This document shows positions 37,778 to 51,159 of a stretch of 64,000 bases of DNA, piece by piece (position 1 is the first letter of the stretch; the number at the start of each line of letters is the position of its first letter). Both the position numbers and the translations under genes were made by a program. The notes below the pieces were generated by a model. The model was not told the DNA's origin. It searched no databases and was given only the letters and a program-made list of their open reading frames with translations. Source of the stretch: Trichosphaerium sp. ATCC 40318 (Eukaryota; Protista; Tubulinea); assembly GCA_038496445.1 (NCBI GenBank), contig JALMLS010000568.1:1-64000 (forward strand), read 5' to 3'.

Positions 37778-38970
37778 TTGACAGCAGCATTGAAGCCTTA
37801 CGGATTTACCTATGTTGACTATCCCGTGGTAGACGTTTGGACTAAACTTAAAATACAACGTAACGTTATTGGTATTGGAAAAGCCAAGACACCAATGGCA
37901 TTTTTCACCTTCAAGTGGGATAATAAGATTTTTGAAAACTTGTTGTTCATAAGCACATATGAACAACATCACACTGATCTAAAAAATGGGATCACTACCC
38001 ATATGAAGAACTTCTCTGGCATAGTGATATGCTTCTCTGGCATAGTGATATGGCATGGGATTATTGGAATATGGAATATTCGCACATTGTGGAGCACAGG
38101 TGAAGCACAAATTTTATTTACTGTGATAACAGGGTTGTTGCCACTTAATCACTACTTCAACATCTCTGCCAACATGAAATTTGATGCTAACATGATACAT
38201 TCATTTCTAGTGATTGTCTTTAAGCACCACATGGTACCAGGTTATTTCACTTGTGTTGATGAAATCTGTATTCCATCATAATATTTCAATTGCGATATAA
38301 AAACTCACAACATTAAGAAACCATACGCATGGGCCATAGAATTGAAGTGTCTCGATGATTCGAACTAGGTGTCTGATTGACTGTATCAATGCTTTGATAT
38401 AGCCTCATCTCACACCAAATGAATCCTTTTTTCATGTGCAAAATGGTCGAAAACAATTGGAAGGTGCCATTTACATGTGACTCTAATTTTTGTTCAGCCA
38501 TGGATCTCAACAAGCCGGGGGAATATGGCTTATACGCTACTGTATCATGTAATACCACCCACTTTCATTGGCCTTGAAGCAATCACTTGCTAAAAAAGTG
38601 CCTGTGGGATACACAAGACTGGCACCATTGTACAAAACTGTTTCTATTGCAACAAATAACAATGAAATCGTAAAGTTGGCCACCACTCTCTACTGTGTGC
38701 ATGATGACAAAAGTTCATTTGAAGTAGCAAGAAAAGGTATGTTCTAAAATAAAAATGATGACACCAAGGGAAATAGTGATCAATATGGCCAGCTGGTCAA
38801 GTCCTATTGTACAGATAGGCGGTTCAAAAAATGGAACATGACACTTCTTGTTCGTTAGTTTTACTACACCCTCACAAATGGTTTTATTCTGTATAAGTGT
38901 CAAGACGGCCCTTACTCCAAAAGGTTTTTTACAAGAAATTGCAACGGAATTGCTTCTCACAGGAAAATAA
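37778..38970 (+). pseudogene. Decayed piggyBac-like (PGBD, DDD) transposase
   Basis: TPMAFF..., HMVPGYFTCVDEICIP...IKKPYAWAIELKCLDD (first Asp and KP motif), FTCDSNFCS (second Asp), GFLQEIATELL; many stops and frameshifts; no introns. Confidence 0.7.
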
Positions 38971-39503
38971 CCTCCTAATAAATTTGTGACAGTTTTTTTT
39001 TTGTGATTTTTCATGACGACTCCTTTGGCCGGTACAATAGATAAAATTAGAAGCTTCGCGTTGATTACGTAAATGTGAACACGACAAATGCTTGAGCATA
39101 TTACTAGGCGCCTTTCAAGGCCAATCTATGCGCTTTCAGTATCTTGTAAAGGGTAGGCGCCAATAGTGAGTGTGGAGTGGGTTTTTTATAAATCACGTGC
39201 CTTTTGTTAGCTTGCTAGCGCTCTTAAAAAACAAAGTTTTTGTTGAAAAATCCCGTTCGCGTTACGTTTTATTTTACAACACAGGTTCTCCATCGAACCT
39301 GGGGTTTGCCACTAACCACCTCTTGCAATCTCCATGATATTGGTCACTTGTTCTCACCTCAACATAACACGTGATTGTAAAAATGTCTGTCCGTGACTCA
39401 TTTTGACTCTGTAAAAAAAAAGAAAAAAAACAGAAATTAGAATCTTCTTCAGAACTTTTTAGTGCAGCGTTCATACCTGCAAATATTAGATTATAGCTAC
39501 AAT

Positions 39504-40740
39504 ATGTCACAACAACATCTAGATACCGAGTTTCAAAGGTATGCGCCTATTTTTCTCTATTTGACGTCTAACACTTCCGCAAGCACACCAATACACATTT
39601 TAGACTTCCCGACAGAGATTCTGGCACATATTTTACGTCAAACAACTAAAGCGCGATTAGCAGCTTGTCAAACGTGTCATATCTTTGCTTCTATCATTCA
39701 CAATATTATTGGGTACAAACACGTGTGGCTTTCATCAGTCAATGAAGCAAAAGCGCTGTTAAAATACAGTAGTACTCTACGCCATACAAAAATCACAATC
39801 TTGTTTGATTTTTGTGAGGCTACTTCAAAACTATTTGCTGGCGTTCATACTATCAATCTCAGTAACCGCGCCAATAATACAGATGAGTGTATAAAATCGC
39901 TTTCAGGTGTTCATACTATTAATCTCAGTGGCTGCTATCATATTACAGATGAAGGTATAAAAGCGCTTGCTGGCGTTCATACTATCAATCTCGATGGTTG
40001 TCAGAATATTACAGATGAAGGTATAAGAGCACTTTCAGGTGTTCATACCATTGTTCTCAGTAACTGCCATATTACCGATGAAGGTATAAAAGCACTTTCA
40101 GGTGTTCATGCCATCGATCTCGGTGCTTGCTATCATATTACAGATGAAGGTATAAGAGCACTTTCAGGTGTTCATACCATTGATCTCAGTGACTGCCATA
40201 TTACAGATGAAGGTATAAGATCGCTTTCTGGCGTCCATGCTATCTATCTCGGTGGTTGTCAGAATATTACAGATGAAGGTATAAAAGCGCTTTCAGGTGT
40301 TCATACTATATCTCTTGAATAATGACAATATTACAGATGAAGGTATAAAAGCACTTGCTGGAGTTCATACTATCAATCTTATGTGTTGCAATCATATTAC
40401 AGATGAAGGTATAAAATCTCTATCAAGTGTTCATAATATTGATCTTAGACGTTGTAATATAACAGATGAAGGTGTAAAAGCACTTTCAGGTGTTCATGCC
40501 ATCAATCTCGGTGATTGTCAGAATATTACAGATGAAGGTATAAAAGCACTTTCAGGAGTCCATACCATTGATCTCAGTGGTTGTGACAATATTACAGAAG
40601 AAGGTATAAGATCGCTTTCAAGTGTCCATACCATTAATCTCTGTGATTGCAAAAATATTACAGATGAAGCTATAGCATCACTTTCAAATGCTTGTGATAA
40701 ATTATTTACTAATAAATATATCCTTCATGACATTATATAG
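39504..40740 (+). CDS. F-box/LRR protein with 13 LRRs of 21-22 aa; frameshift at ~40320 (possible pseudogene)
   Basis: MSQQHLDTEFQ, 45-nt phase-2 intron, F-box ILDFPTEILAHIL, then GVHxIxLxxC(x)xITDEGI(K/R)xLS repeats across 39840-40686. Confidence 0.85.
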
Positions 40741-41369
40741 CCATATAAGATTTGACATAGACTAAGTGCTTTATTGTTCCTAATATATTTATGTTGTAAT
40801 CAGCTGTAACAATGCAAATAAAAGATGCTCCACAGTCTCACACGTACTTATTCATTAATGGACTAAAAGTACATTCATTGATTGTTGTTGCACAATGGAT
40901 GTATGCATTTGAACAGTATGTATTAATCTTAGACTTAATAGCTACAATAAATGGGTTTGTGTTTTTTGGAGCGTTATATGTGCTGGCTGGTTTTGCAAGA
41001 ATCTGACTTTGCTTGCCTGCTGACGGTGAAGAAGAGTGTAGATATAACAAGTATGCATTTGCCTGTGGGTTGTTTGTAATCTATTTGGAACCTACGAAAT
41101 AGTCACGTGTCAACAGTCAACAATATTGTTTATAAAACTGCAAGAATGGTCGCTTTTATCCATCAGCACTTTTTTAACAAATGTTAATGAACGACATCCT
41201 TTCAAATGAAATAGTTTTTTTACTGTTTTTTTTTCAACTACTAGCTGGCAAAATATCTGTTATCTCTTTTTTGACCAACACGTTTATTGTTAGTGTTGGC
41301 CAGTACCTAAATCACATTCACTGAGGCTTTTTTTAGCCTGGCAATACACAATGCTGATATTTTCAAGAG

Positions 41370-41860
41370 AAAAGAAAAAGGTATGAACTTGTTCCAATGC
41401 TTCAACACCTTTATCTGTCACATTTCTGCCAATACTAATAGTATGAACCCCGTTCAATGAAATGATACCTTTATCTGTTACGGTATCACAACCAGTAATA
41501 TGGATTGTATGTACTCCTGCAAGCGCTTTAATGCCTTCATCCGTAACAAATGTATTGGAAAGGTCAATAGCATGAACGCCAGCAAGTGCTTTGACACCTT
41601 CATCAGCGATTGAAGTATAAATGGAGGCTATTTTCGTGTACACCTTTTAACATCTTAATACCTTCATCAGACACATTTCCTTAGATTAATTATGTACGCC
41701 CACAAGAGCTTTTATACCTTCATCTGTCAACACATAGTTATCATTCTGATTATATTATGTACTCCAGCAAGTGCTTTAATGCCTTAATCAGTAACTTGAA
41801 TACAGTGGCTAAGGTCAATGGTATGAACTCCAGCAAGTGCTTTAACACCTTCATCTGTAA
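41370..41860 (-). pseudogene. LRR pseudogene of the same family, opposite strand
   Basis: Fragments TDEGVKALAGVHTIDL, DEGIKALVGVH, GVHAIDLSNTFVTDEGIKAL in shifting frames with stops; no F-box seen. Confidence 0.8.
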
Positions 41861-42183
41861 GACTTCTGGACCCCAGAAAGATCATAAAGCTAGCTTGGTT
41901 TGCACTTGCTATTTCTTGCAGATCACCATCGAGAATATGTCTGCTATATCATTCAAAGAAATCAAGTGTTTTGCTTTACTAAAAAGTCCTCTTGTTTAGT
42001 GTAAAAAGATTGAGTTATGAACGTTCACATTTCACTTTTCAACTAATACAAGTACTTGGCCTACAAAGTCGCTCAAAGTCTACAACACGTGGTGACAAGC
42101 AGCTTTTACACCTCTTGGGAAATATTAGTGCCTACCTGACACATTCAACATCCATTTGGAGCGTTGGAAGAGATTTTAGTAAA

Positions 42184-43429
42184 ATGGACGAACAAAATCT
42201 GTGGCAGCTTCCTACTGAAGTTATTGTTTTAATATTGGACAACCTACACTTCTCAGACCTATATGCGCTTAGTTCTGTGTGTTTACACGCTTTATCTGTA
42301 TTTAATATTGTACCAAGCATTGTAGTACGTTAATACTACATAGAAAACACGTTAACCGCGTCTGACAGTAGTTTTAGGTTTCAAAAAAGGTGTATAAAAG
42401 AAAGATCTTACCAGGCGTTCATTCTCGCGTTGTGGACATGTGTGTGCTCTCAACAGGCGAGGTATACAGCACACACCTTTTTAATGGATCAAAGATGTTA
42501 ACGAGTCAAGTTTAGATCGTCATTGTTGATCATGCTGCTCACAAAATAGGAATCATTAAAGATGATAGATGCACAACCTTGATAGACATAAACACAAACA
42601 ATGCAACAGACGACTACAATGATGGACCTTTTAAGCAAGCATGTGCGTATCGTTTTTTTTCTGTTTTGTTTCACGTGGGTTTTGCTCACTTTTATTATTT
42701 TGTTGTAGGCTTGTTTTTCCCCACAGGCTGTGTGATTGACTCTGATGATAATGTTATTGTTAGTGATAGATCTCATCATACAATAAGAAAGCTTGACTTG
42801 AAAAATCAAATCATATCAACAATAGCAGGGAAGCCATGTAAACAAGGAAGTATTGAAGACAGCTGCTTGAATCTTCCTACTGGTATTTGCAAGGGCAGAA
42901 ATGACAGTATACTCATATGTGATCAATTTAATAGTGCCATTAGAAGCATGAATGCTGAAGGCCAGCTTATAACTGTAGTTGACATAAAAAGAGGTGATTT
43001 TGACTACACCAAGCTTAAGTCTTCTAGGTTAAATCCATATCCACGACGTGTTGCTTATTGTCCCCAAACTGGTGATATGTAAGTTAATGTATGTTTATGT
43101 ATTATCGCTTATGAAGTTATAGATACTTTGCAGTTGCCAAACTTGTTATAAAACTGAGTAATGGGAAGCAAACACTTATTTATAAACACAATTTACAAAT
43201 ATTTGGGATTGCTGTGGAAAGAACAGGTGATGTATTGTTTGGATCTGCAGGAGATAAGGGAGATAAAGCTAAACAAAATTGCATATTTAGAGTATACACA
43301 AGGATGAAAGGGTATCCAGTACTACCTCTGACCTTATCCAATCCAATAGAGAAGGTTTCAGGGTTGCATTATTATGATGGCATTCTGTATGTTGGTGCAG
43401 GTAAAGAAGCCTGTACAATAAAGCTGTAG
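42184..43429 (+). CDS. F-box protein with NHL-repeat beta-propeller, multi-exon
   Basis: LWQLPTEVIVLILDNLHFSDLYALS (F-box); LFFPTGCVIDSDDNVIVSDRSHHTIRKLD and LNLPTGICKGRNDSILICDQFNSAIR (NHL). Confidence 0.85.
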
Positions 43430-43869
43430 AGTGGTTTGTACATGCGAAAGGATAAAAAATAAAGAACTTTATTACTGTATTGGGTTTTTGTTATACTTGC
43501 ACTTATATCTCTGATATCACAGGTAAGTTGTTATATAAGTATTATGCCGTACTTTATTTTATAGCACCTAGCGCTAACAGCAAAATCTGTACGCTTAGTC
43601 AATGCAAATACTTGCGGTGCTATCAAAATGATAGAAAATAGCGACATCTTCAACACCATTGTACAACCAGCTTGAACTTCGAATCACTAGTGCCACTGTT
43701 GGTTCCCATGCATACCTACTTAGAATAGACAGGATTGACAAAGCAAAGGTCCGAATATTTGTCTGAAATATTGTGTTGAATGGTCTTATCATTAAACTGC
43801 TGCTTCTTATCTTGTTTCTGGTGTTGGTACCACAGCGGTTTTGTTTCATGTTTTTTTCTACCACTACAC

Positions 43870-44285
43870 CATCTCTTGATTTGCTCATCATCTTCTTTTT
43901 CTTTGATTGGTTGTCCATCCTCACTCCACTATTTCATTGTACCACCATACTTCCCCATCAACCACAACATGCCTTGTGTCATGAGTTGTCTGTTTTCATG
44001 CCACTCTTTTATCTCACCATGTTTCTTACCATCTACCCACGTGCTGTGTCATAATAGTTGACCACATTTATACCATTCTTTGGTTTCACCATGTTGCTTG
44101 CCATTGTTCAAATATTCAATGGACTTACTTTTCCTGTTTTGTACCATCTGATCCATTTCCCTTTACGTTGTAGAGATTCATCATGTGTGTTGATGGCTGC
44201 TTTCTTTGATAGGGTATGAAATTTTGTAAAGGTTTCCTTATTGAATGTCACATGGAAGATCGAGTAAAGTCAAAGAAGAAGAAGA
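43870..44285 (-). pseudogene. F-box-like plus MORN-variant (YwqK-type) repeat pseudogene
   Basis: Minus strand LTLLDLPCDIQ*, then GKWIRWYKTGK, NGKQHGETKEWYKCGQLL*, WVDGKKHGEI/KEWHENRQL, WSEDGQ with stops and frameshifts. Confidence 0.7.
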
Positions 44286-44713
44286 TATTTCGCCTTTCTA
44301 TTTAAAAGAAAAGTAAGAATTATTGAGAATATAACTATCAATAGACGTTTTGTGTAGGTTTTAGTTGTATTCGAGTGTCACGTGATATGGTATTTTTGGG
44401 GTCGCAAACTGTAAATTGTAGAAGGATACAACGTTCGCAAGCAAAGTTACAAAAACAAAAAAATACACGTGAGCACCAGAAAAGGTTGTTACAGTTTCAT
44501 ATTTCTCAGTAAAAAAGGCCACGATTATACTATGGTTGGATTTGTTAATATAGTCACGTTCATTCAACCCACTTGTACAAATAGTTTCAAATTCAGGCCT
44601 GTGCACAAGAAAAAATACTGAGAATATCAACTATTAATCCCTTTCGTTTTGTTACAAAAGAAATGGAAATTGTATTAAAATAACCAAAACGAATCAGCTT
44701 TTTTAATACTGTT

Positions 44714-47313
44714 TTATTTATTATCTCTACCATTTCCAGATTTAAATATCCACTCACGTGGAGCACCTTTAGCTGTATATGCAAGTTTTCTCATAATACT
44801 ACTATAGGTCTTTGTTGGTATATCCTTGCCTAACTTTTTTTGACAAGCACCTACAACAGAAGTTAAGGAAAAATATCGAAAAAAAAAAAAGGTTGACAAC
44901 AATTTGAGTTTAGGAATAAATTTCACCGAATTAAATTATATAATGTAATGTCACAATATGTAATAGAATAAATATACTCGAATAAACGATTAAAAAATCG
45001 CAACTAAGAGTATAGTGATGTATGCTTTCAAAAAAGGGAAAAAAAAAGAAAAAAAACAATACACTGACTTTAAACTAAACAACCTACCTCTGACTGTAGC
45101 ACGTGTGATAGATATTTTACCCTCTTTAGATGCTGTCTTAAAACAATTGATAATAATGGCTCGATACTAAGAAACAAAGAATCAGCTCAAACATCAATAG
45201 AAAAAGAGAACGAATGACTGACAGAAAACTCTAAACGCACTTTCTCGATCGCCTTTTGCTTTGGATCATCAGAATCATTCAATTCTTTCAAATAATACGC
45301 TTGCTCTATACAACCAGCAACCTTTGAAAGCTCTTTCTTAATAGCAGAAGCACTTATTGTAGAACCTAAACACAAACCATTAAAAAACAAAATCCAAAAA
45401 AAAAAAAAAGTTTCAGAAAATCGCTGCTCACCCTTTTCCTTATTATACTCAGAAGTGAGTAGACTAATACTACATACACCATACTTTCTTAATGCAGTAA
45501 TAACAAATTCTGTAACTTCAGTTCTGACTACTTCACGAGACATACTATTATCATCTTCTTCATCTTCATCTTCAACAATATCTTCTTCTTTTTGTGTAAG
45601 GAAGTAGGACATAAGTTCGGTTTGCCTTGACGGCCAGAAACGAGCGTATGTTGCATTCAAGTCTTTGTACTTTGCCATAAAACCATGATCAGGTCCTTTA
45701 ATAAGCGTGAAACCTCGTTTGTCTTTTTTGCATATTTTTGATATAAGTGATTTAATCAAACTTGGTGATGCTTTAGTTGTTAATGCCACATCATCGATAT
45801 CAAGGTACTCATGTGTAGTAGCAAAAAGAGAGAGTATATAGTCTCTTATGTTTGATTTTCTTGTAATATGAGTAGAGAGTAAAGGAACGCTCTTAACGAT
45901 CCAAACGCCTCTAACTAAAAGTGCTTTTTCTTGAAGTGTTTTAATAACTTTTCCTATTTTTCCTTCACCGCACAGACCAAGGATTTCGCCCATTTTCATA
46001 ATACGACCTATAATAGTATCTTAGAAAGTTGTACAAAATTGGTTGAAATAAAAAACATTCCAGGAGGACGAAAGAATCGCCAAAAAGAAAAAAGAAAGAT
46101 GAATTTTTTTGATCGCTTTCGTTTAATATCAGTCCAAGAAACGTGTTTGTACCTCCATTCATAACTGCTTCTACACCCTTTTCTTCACTCAGTTGTCTTA
46201 TTTTTGCTATAGAAAGTGTAGATCCATCTGAACCAGTTGGAAGTGATAATCCCCAGTTATCATCTTCAGAATCTTGAGGAGGATTAATATGATCCATGTA
46301 TATCTCTTTATCAATATTCATAGGTAAATCTGATACATTAGTTGAAGGTGTAAGACTATCCATTACACCATAACTAGCCTACTCAAACAATTAATCTCCA
46401 TAAAACGTCAAAAGAAAACTCAAAAAAAAATGCCGTTTCAAAATTTTTTTGTTTTTATACCGTTGTAGCTTTCCACTCTAATTTAACCCATTCTTCATCA
46501 TCTTCTCGCTTCTTAAGATAAGCCCATGATTGTTTTCTACGTCTAGCTTGTTCTTTTGTCTCAGCTCGAGAGTGTAATGTCAAAGTCTTGGCTTGTTTCT
46601 TCTTTGAAGTAGTCCCAGATTTTGCCTCTTCTTTAGCTGCTTTTGCAGCTCTTTTCTTGCGTAAGACAGCGTCTTTATCGTCTATATACGTAAAATCCGG
46701 TCTCATTTGATACACAGTACTCACTGGCGTCAAATAAATAGCGTCTATACGCACAGTTAGTTTTTTCATAACGACTAAAATATTTCTTCGTAAAACTGTT
46801 CTTATCGATGCGTACTATCTCTGTGTAATCCCACTGCATAGTTTGTTTTAAGTGGAATCCCTCTGGCATTAAGAACATTTGCGTCTCCTTGAAAAGCTGT
46901 TGTTTGAATCATTTGATCTTGTTTTATGCGTAAGTGACGTTGTTTGGTGTTTTAATTTTAATGATGCGTACGAGGTTCGTAAAATGACATTTGGAGTCTG
47001 TTGGCTCTGTTGTAGCGCGTTAATAGCTAAAATAGAGTAGTATTAACGCGTGTAGTACCTAGGTTTAACGCGAGCAGCTTTAACAGCCAAATTTTCGTTG
47101 TATGGTGGCCGCCATGGTGGCCTGAGGATATTAGCATTAGTTATTGGCGCGAATTTAACCAAAAGCACCTCAAAGGGTATTGAATGAGACACAAGCTATC
47201 TTTTAGCTCTTGACAAAGTATTACGTCTATCTTTACAAAAACAATTAGCTATAACGTCTATTCGCTAAGTAACTGACTTCTTTAACAATAGGATCATCTT
47301 TATCCTCTTCCAT
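44714..47313 (-). CDS. POLR3E: RNA polymerase III subunit RPC5 (Rpc37/Sin-like), multi-exon, with C-terminal extension
   Basis: MEEDKDDPIVKE|IDVILCQELKDSLCLIQYPLRP..., YLTPVSTVYQMRPDFTYID, QSWAYL...EEWVKLE, ALLVRGVWIVKS. Confidence 0.85.
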
Positions 47314-47616
47314 TGTGCTCTACAATGTCTACTTTATCCTTACAAGCCAACAATACGAAATCTGCGAATTTTCTTTGACAGGCACTTCTGTCGTTATAGT
47401 TAATCCGCCATTGCCTCTCGAATAGTCTGACTGCTACACAGCCTAAGGTGTTAGCTTGGTTGTCGGTTTTGACAGAGTCGCTTCTTTTATTTTTTTCAGT
47501 GATTTGGGAAAAAGTTACAGATAGTTTGCCTGTGTGCTAGCGCAGAAGCCGCTTCTGTGCTGTTTCTTTCTACACAACTTACACACTCATAACAACGTAA
47601 CCCTCCTGACCTAGAA

Positions 47617-48398
47617 ATGAACAGGTACATCTTACCTCGCGTTAATAATAACAACTCAACTATTGAGATAGGACGCTAGATTACTTTCCACCTGAAGTTC
47701 TATGTATTATTTTCTCCAAATTAACCCATACTCGATTTGCTGTGGCTCAAACGTGCTGGGTATTCTGTAACGTTATACATAATATTGTGGGATACGTTAA
47801 AATTAATGTAACGTCAGCAAGAGACCTCAGACGTATCACCAGAAGTTTCGCAAAATCGACGGTAGTAGATTTTGTTAAACATCACAATGTCACAGATAGG
47901 GAGCTCAGCTGGTTAAAAGGATGGCATACAGTTGATCTGAGCTATTGTTACAACATTACAGGAGAAGGAGTTGATGGTTTACTGAATATACACACCGTTG
48001 ATCTTTGCTATTGTAGGCAGTTAACCGACAAAGGTATACGTTCTTTCGCTGGAGTACATGCTATAAATATTGAAGGATGTACTTACATAAGTGATATCGG
48101 TATTGCTGCTCTTTCCGGCGTACATACTATAAATATCTGTGCTACTTCTGTAACTGACATTGGATTAAAACAACTTATCGGATTACATACAGTTTATGTA
48201 TCACATATCGTAAGAAAAGAAGTCGTCAATGATATCGAGAATGCTGGTGGTAACGTATATAATGTAAGTGCAACACACAAGGATTTGAGCAAGTACTATT
48301 ACTCGAAGCCCAAATACTATTACAGTTCTAGAAAAATGGCACGTAATGTTAATTCGTTCAAGTTTTGTAGTGTTGTAACTCATAATACATTTTTATGA
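47617..48398 (+). CDS. F-box/LRR protein (about 5 LRRs)
   Basis: MNR with a phase-2 intron, then TLDYFPPEVLCIIF (F-box), RFAVAQTC...IHNIVGY and HTVDLxYC repeats; head-to-head with RPC5. Confidence 0.8.
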
Positions 48399-48774
48399 TA
48401 ATAAAGAGTTAGCGTTAAAACTGTTGGTTGTGTTCTCAAAGCCATCTAAATACGTGCTTGCTTCGCTTATTTAGTTTCAACCGTTGACTTTCCATTCTGT
48501 CATGTTCGATACACCATACCATGGGCACAGTAAAGCGCAACATGTGGTGTTTTCGCAAAATACTTGAAGGCTCTACGCCACGCTTACGTATTCCTTCGCA
48601 AATGGGTTGGGTGGTGTTCTTTTGTTAGTGTTTATTCCTAGCGGAACTCCTGGTGAAAGCTTAATTGTTGAGTCAATACTTTCAAAATTTGTCTCTTTTA
48701 GCAAAAGATACATGAGCTTGCACCAATAAAAACACAACCGCGTAACAACGCGCTCATATTAATCATCCATCACA

Positions 48775-51159
48775 ATGACAGAGCCAGCACCGCAATCTCT
48801 GTCAGTGTTAAAATCGAGGGTACGCGCTTGTGGGAGGTAGTAATTGGCGCAATATTAACAATAACGATTTTAGCGTGCCAGAAAGTTAAAAAGTCGCTCG
48901 TCTTCACACCTAGCACCTGGTGCTACATCGCAACACTGGTGGCAAGATAATATCACCGTAAAGCGAAAACTTTACAAAACTACGTTTATATTAACCTATG
49001 GGTATAGTATGACGAATTGAGGACATCAGCATTGCTTTCACGACTTCGACGGGTGATGAGACCATCACTCTTCGACACGCAAATTCTGCGTTACTATTTG
49101 GGTGCGTAGCGCATTATTTGTCAACAGTACACTAATGAATGGCAGATTATGGACGAACAGGCTATGTAACGAAGGAAAAATTTAACGTTTTTACCAGCGC
49201 TTACGGGCCACCTGCTACATGCATGAGAAAGGTACTATAGCGTTTGTTAAAGTTTTTACCTTATTAGCCTTATTCGAAACAAAGTCACAATTGATCTTTA
49301 GGTCCGCCCATTGTTTTATAAGAGTTACTTTGCTGGGTGGCTATCACGAGAAGACGCAAGGTATGTTTTTCTGACTACACGCTCCAAAACAGAAATTCTT
49401 TGCGCATCTTGTTGCAGTCGTTATACTTATGCTTGTAATTAGTAATTTACTGGCGAAGTGTAGTGTTGGGACGTTTTTAGTACGGTTTAGTATTGGATCA
49501 CCTCATCTAAGCGTTGGTACGTATTTTACGACTAGTAAAACATAGGTGATGACACTTTAAGAAATTGTGTTTTTTTTTCAAAGTACTTTTTTGATTTAAT
49601 GGTTTTTTACAGCCTATGTCGAGCAAGGTGGAGCTACTATAAACCATATTCGTATTATGTGCGAAAAGGGTCATTTCTACGCTACTTCGGCGCTTAGATT
49701 CGAGTCAGTTGATGAATTAGTTGATCATTACAAAAAATACCTTCTACACGCTTGTGAGCTTGGGTTAATCACAAAACACAGGTAAACCAGTGGTATAATA
49801 ATTATTTGTAATGATTGTTTTTTTTCAGATTTTTCTTCACTGGTTTTGATAGAACTAAAGCGGATGATTTGCTTTCTAGTCAGCCTGGAGGAAGGTATGT
49901 CAATGGTTTTGGTCAAGTATCAACTGAGAATTTTTCGGTTTTTTTCTTATTGTTTTTGTAGCTTCCTCTTCCGCTTCTCGTCTCAACCAGGACACATAAC
50001 GTTGTCTTATGTTAATTCAAAGGAAGAAACTGTTCACTTACCTATAAAAGTGCGCACGCGTAAAGGTCACTTTCTATTCTATTGCTTTAATGGCGAGTAC
50101 ATGTCCTTATTGGATGTACAAAGAAGTCAAGCTCAATTATTAAAACGTCCTCAATCTTCATTCCCGGTTCCATTGGGTACGTTTGAAGACTCTATGCACG
50201 AATTATTTAGTTAAGGCGAACTTATCTATTTTGTAGAGGTTGATACGCTTAAAGTGTTTGCTGAGCAGGGTAGTAAGCTGCAAATAGAGATAGCGTCTTT
50301 GGAGGTAGCGAACTGGCTTAAAACAGACAAGGGTAGTCTGTTAGAAAAAGCATCGTCTACGCTGCTTGCATTGTGTGAAAGCGAAGGTATGATCTTTACG
50401 TACATGCATGTTTACAACTTTTTGTGTTTAGAAAATCGCGAAGTTATAGCAACGTATAACTCAATGGACTTTATGGTATCACTCTTAGGTGGTGAGATTG
50501 ATGATAATGAGATTGTACAGAGCAATTGCTGCCGCTTAATTGAGATATTTCGCCGTGATGGTAAGTTAGACATGCTTTACTTTAAGTGTTCATTTTATTT
50601 TTGTAGAGAAGCTCAATGTACTACTAAAAGGAGCGCCTAAGGATATACGTGCTCCTATGCTTAAACGTGGTATAAGTAATGTCAGTCGGATATCAGAAGC
50701 ACCACAGGCAGATCTAGAAGCATACGCTCAATTACCTTCAGTTGCTTTTGTACGCTCCTTCTTTCTGTTTGAAGTTTTTCTCTTTTCACGTAGTGAATTT
50801 TTGTTTACGCGTTATTTTAGCAAAAAGTGAAGCCTACAAAGGCGCCTGTTACATACGGGTTTGTACCTGCCAAACGAAAAGAAATGAACAAACCAAAAAG
50901 AGAAGATAAACCAGAATTCAAATATGATGTGCTTCCTGTAGTTAAGCACCGACCGCGTCGTTCTTCAGCGCCTAATTCCCATAAACCTTACAAACAACCA
51001 AAGAAAAGTATTTCTGAAGAAGTTCATCGCAAGAGGTCTAAAAAAACAAGTACGTCTTGTTGGAAGTGTTCTTGTTGCTTTAGGTTCTATTCTAAGTATG
51101 ATTTAGGTATATGGGAAGGTAATAAGTCAGCTAGAACGTTCGATTCTAGATTTTCTTGA
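48775..51159 (+). CDS. EF-hand-like + tandem SH2 + ARM-like protein with a Lys/Pro-rich tail, multi-exon
   Basis: LDYGRTGYVTKEKFNVFTSAYGP; SH2-1 YFAGWLSREDA..LL...GTFLVRFS...FESVDELVDHY; SH2-2 FLFRFSSQPGHITLSYV; helical ARM-like ASSTLLALCESEENREVI. The 3' end is uncertain (51159 or ~51200). Confidence 0.8.

Noticed and set aside
40310-40330. TAA/TGA in the LRR array as stop-codon reassignment or selenocysteine
   Set aside because: The repeat continues in a different frame, so this is an indel; TAA, TAG and TGA all terminate other genes here.
39840-40686. Regular repeats with variable inserts resembling a CRISPR array
   Set aside because: The units are 63/66-nt in-frame LRR codons in a eukaryotic gene; there are no cas genes.
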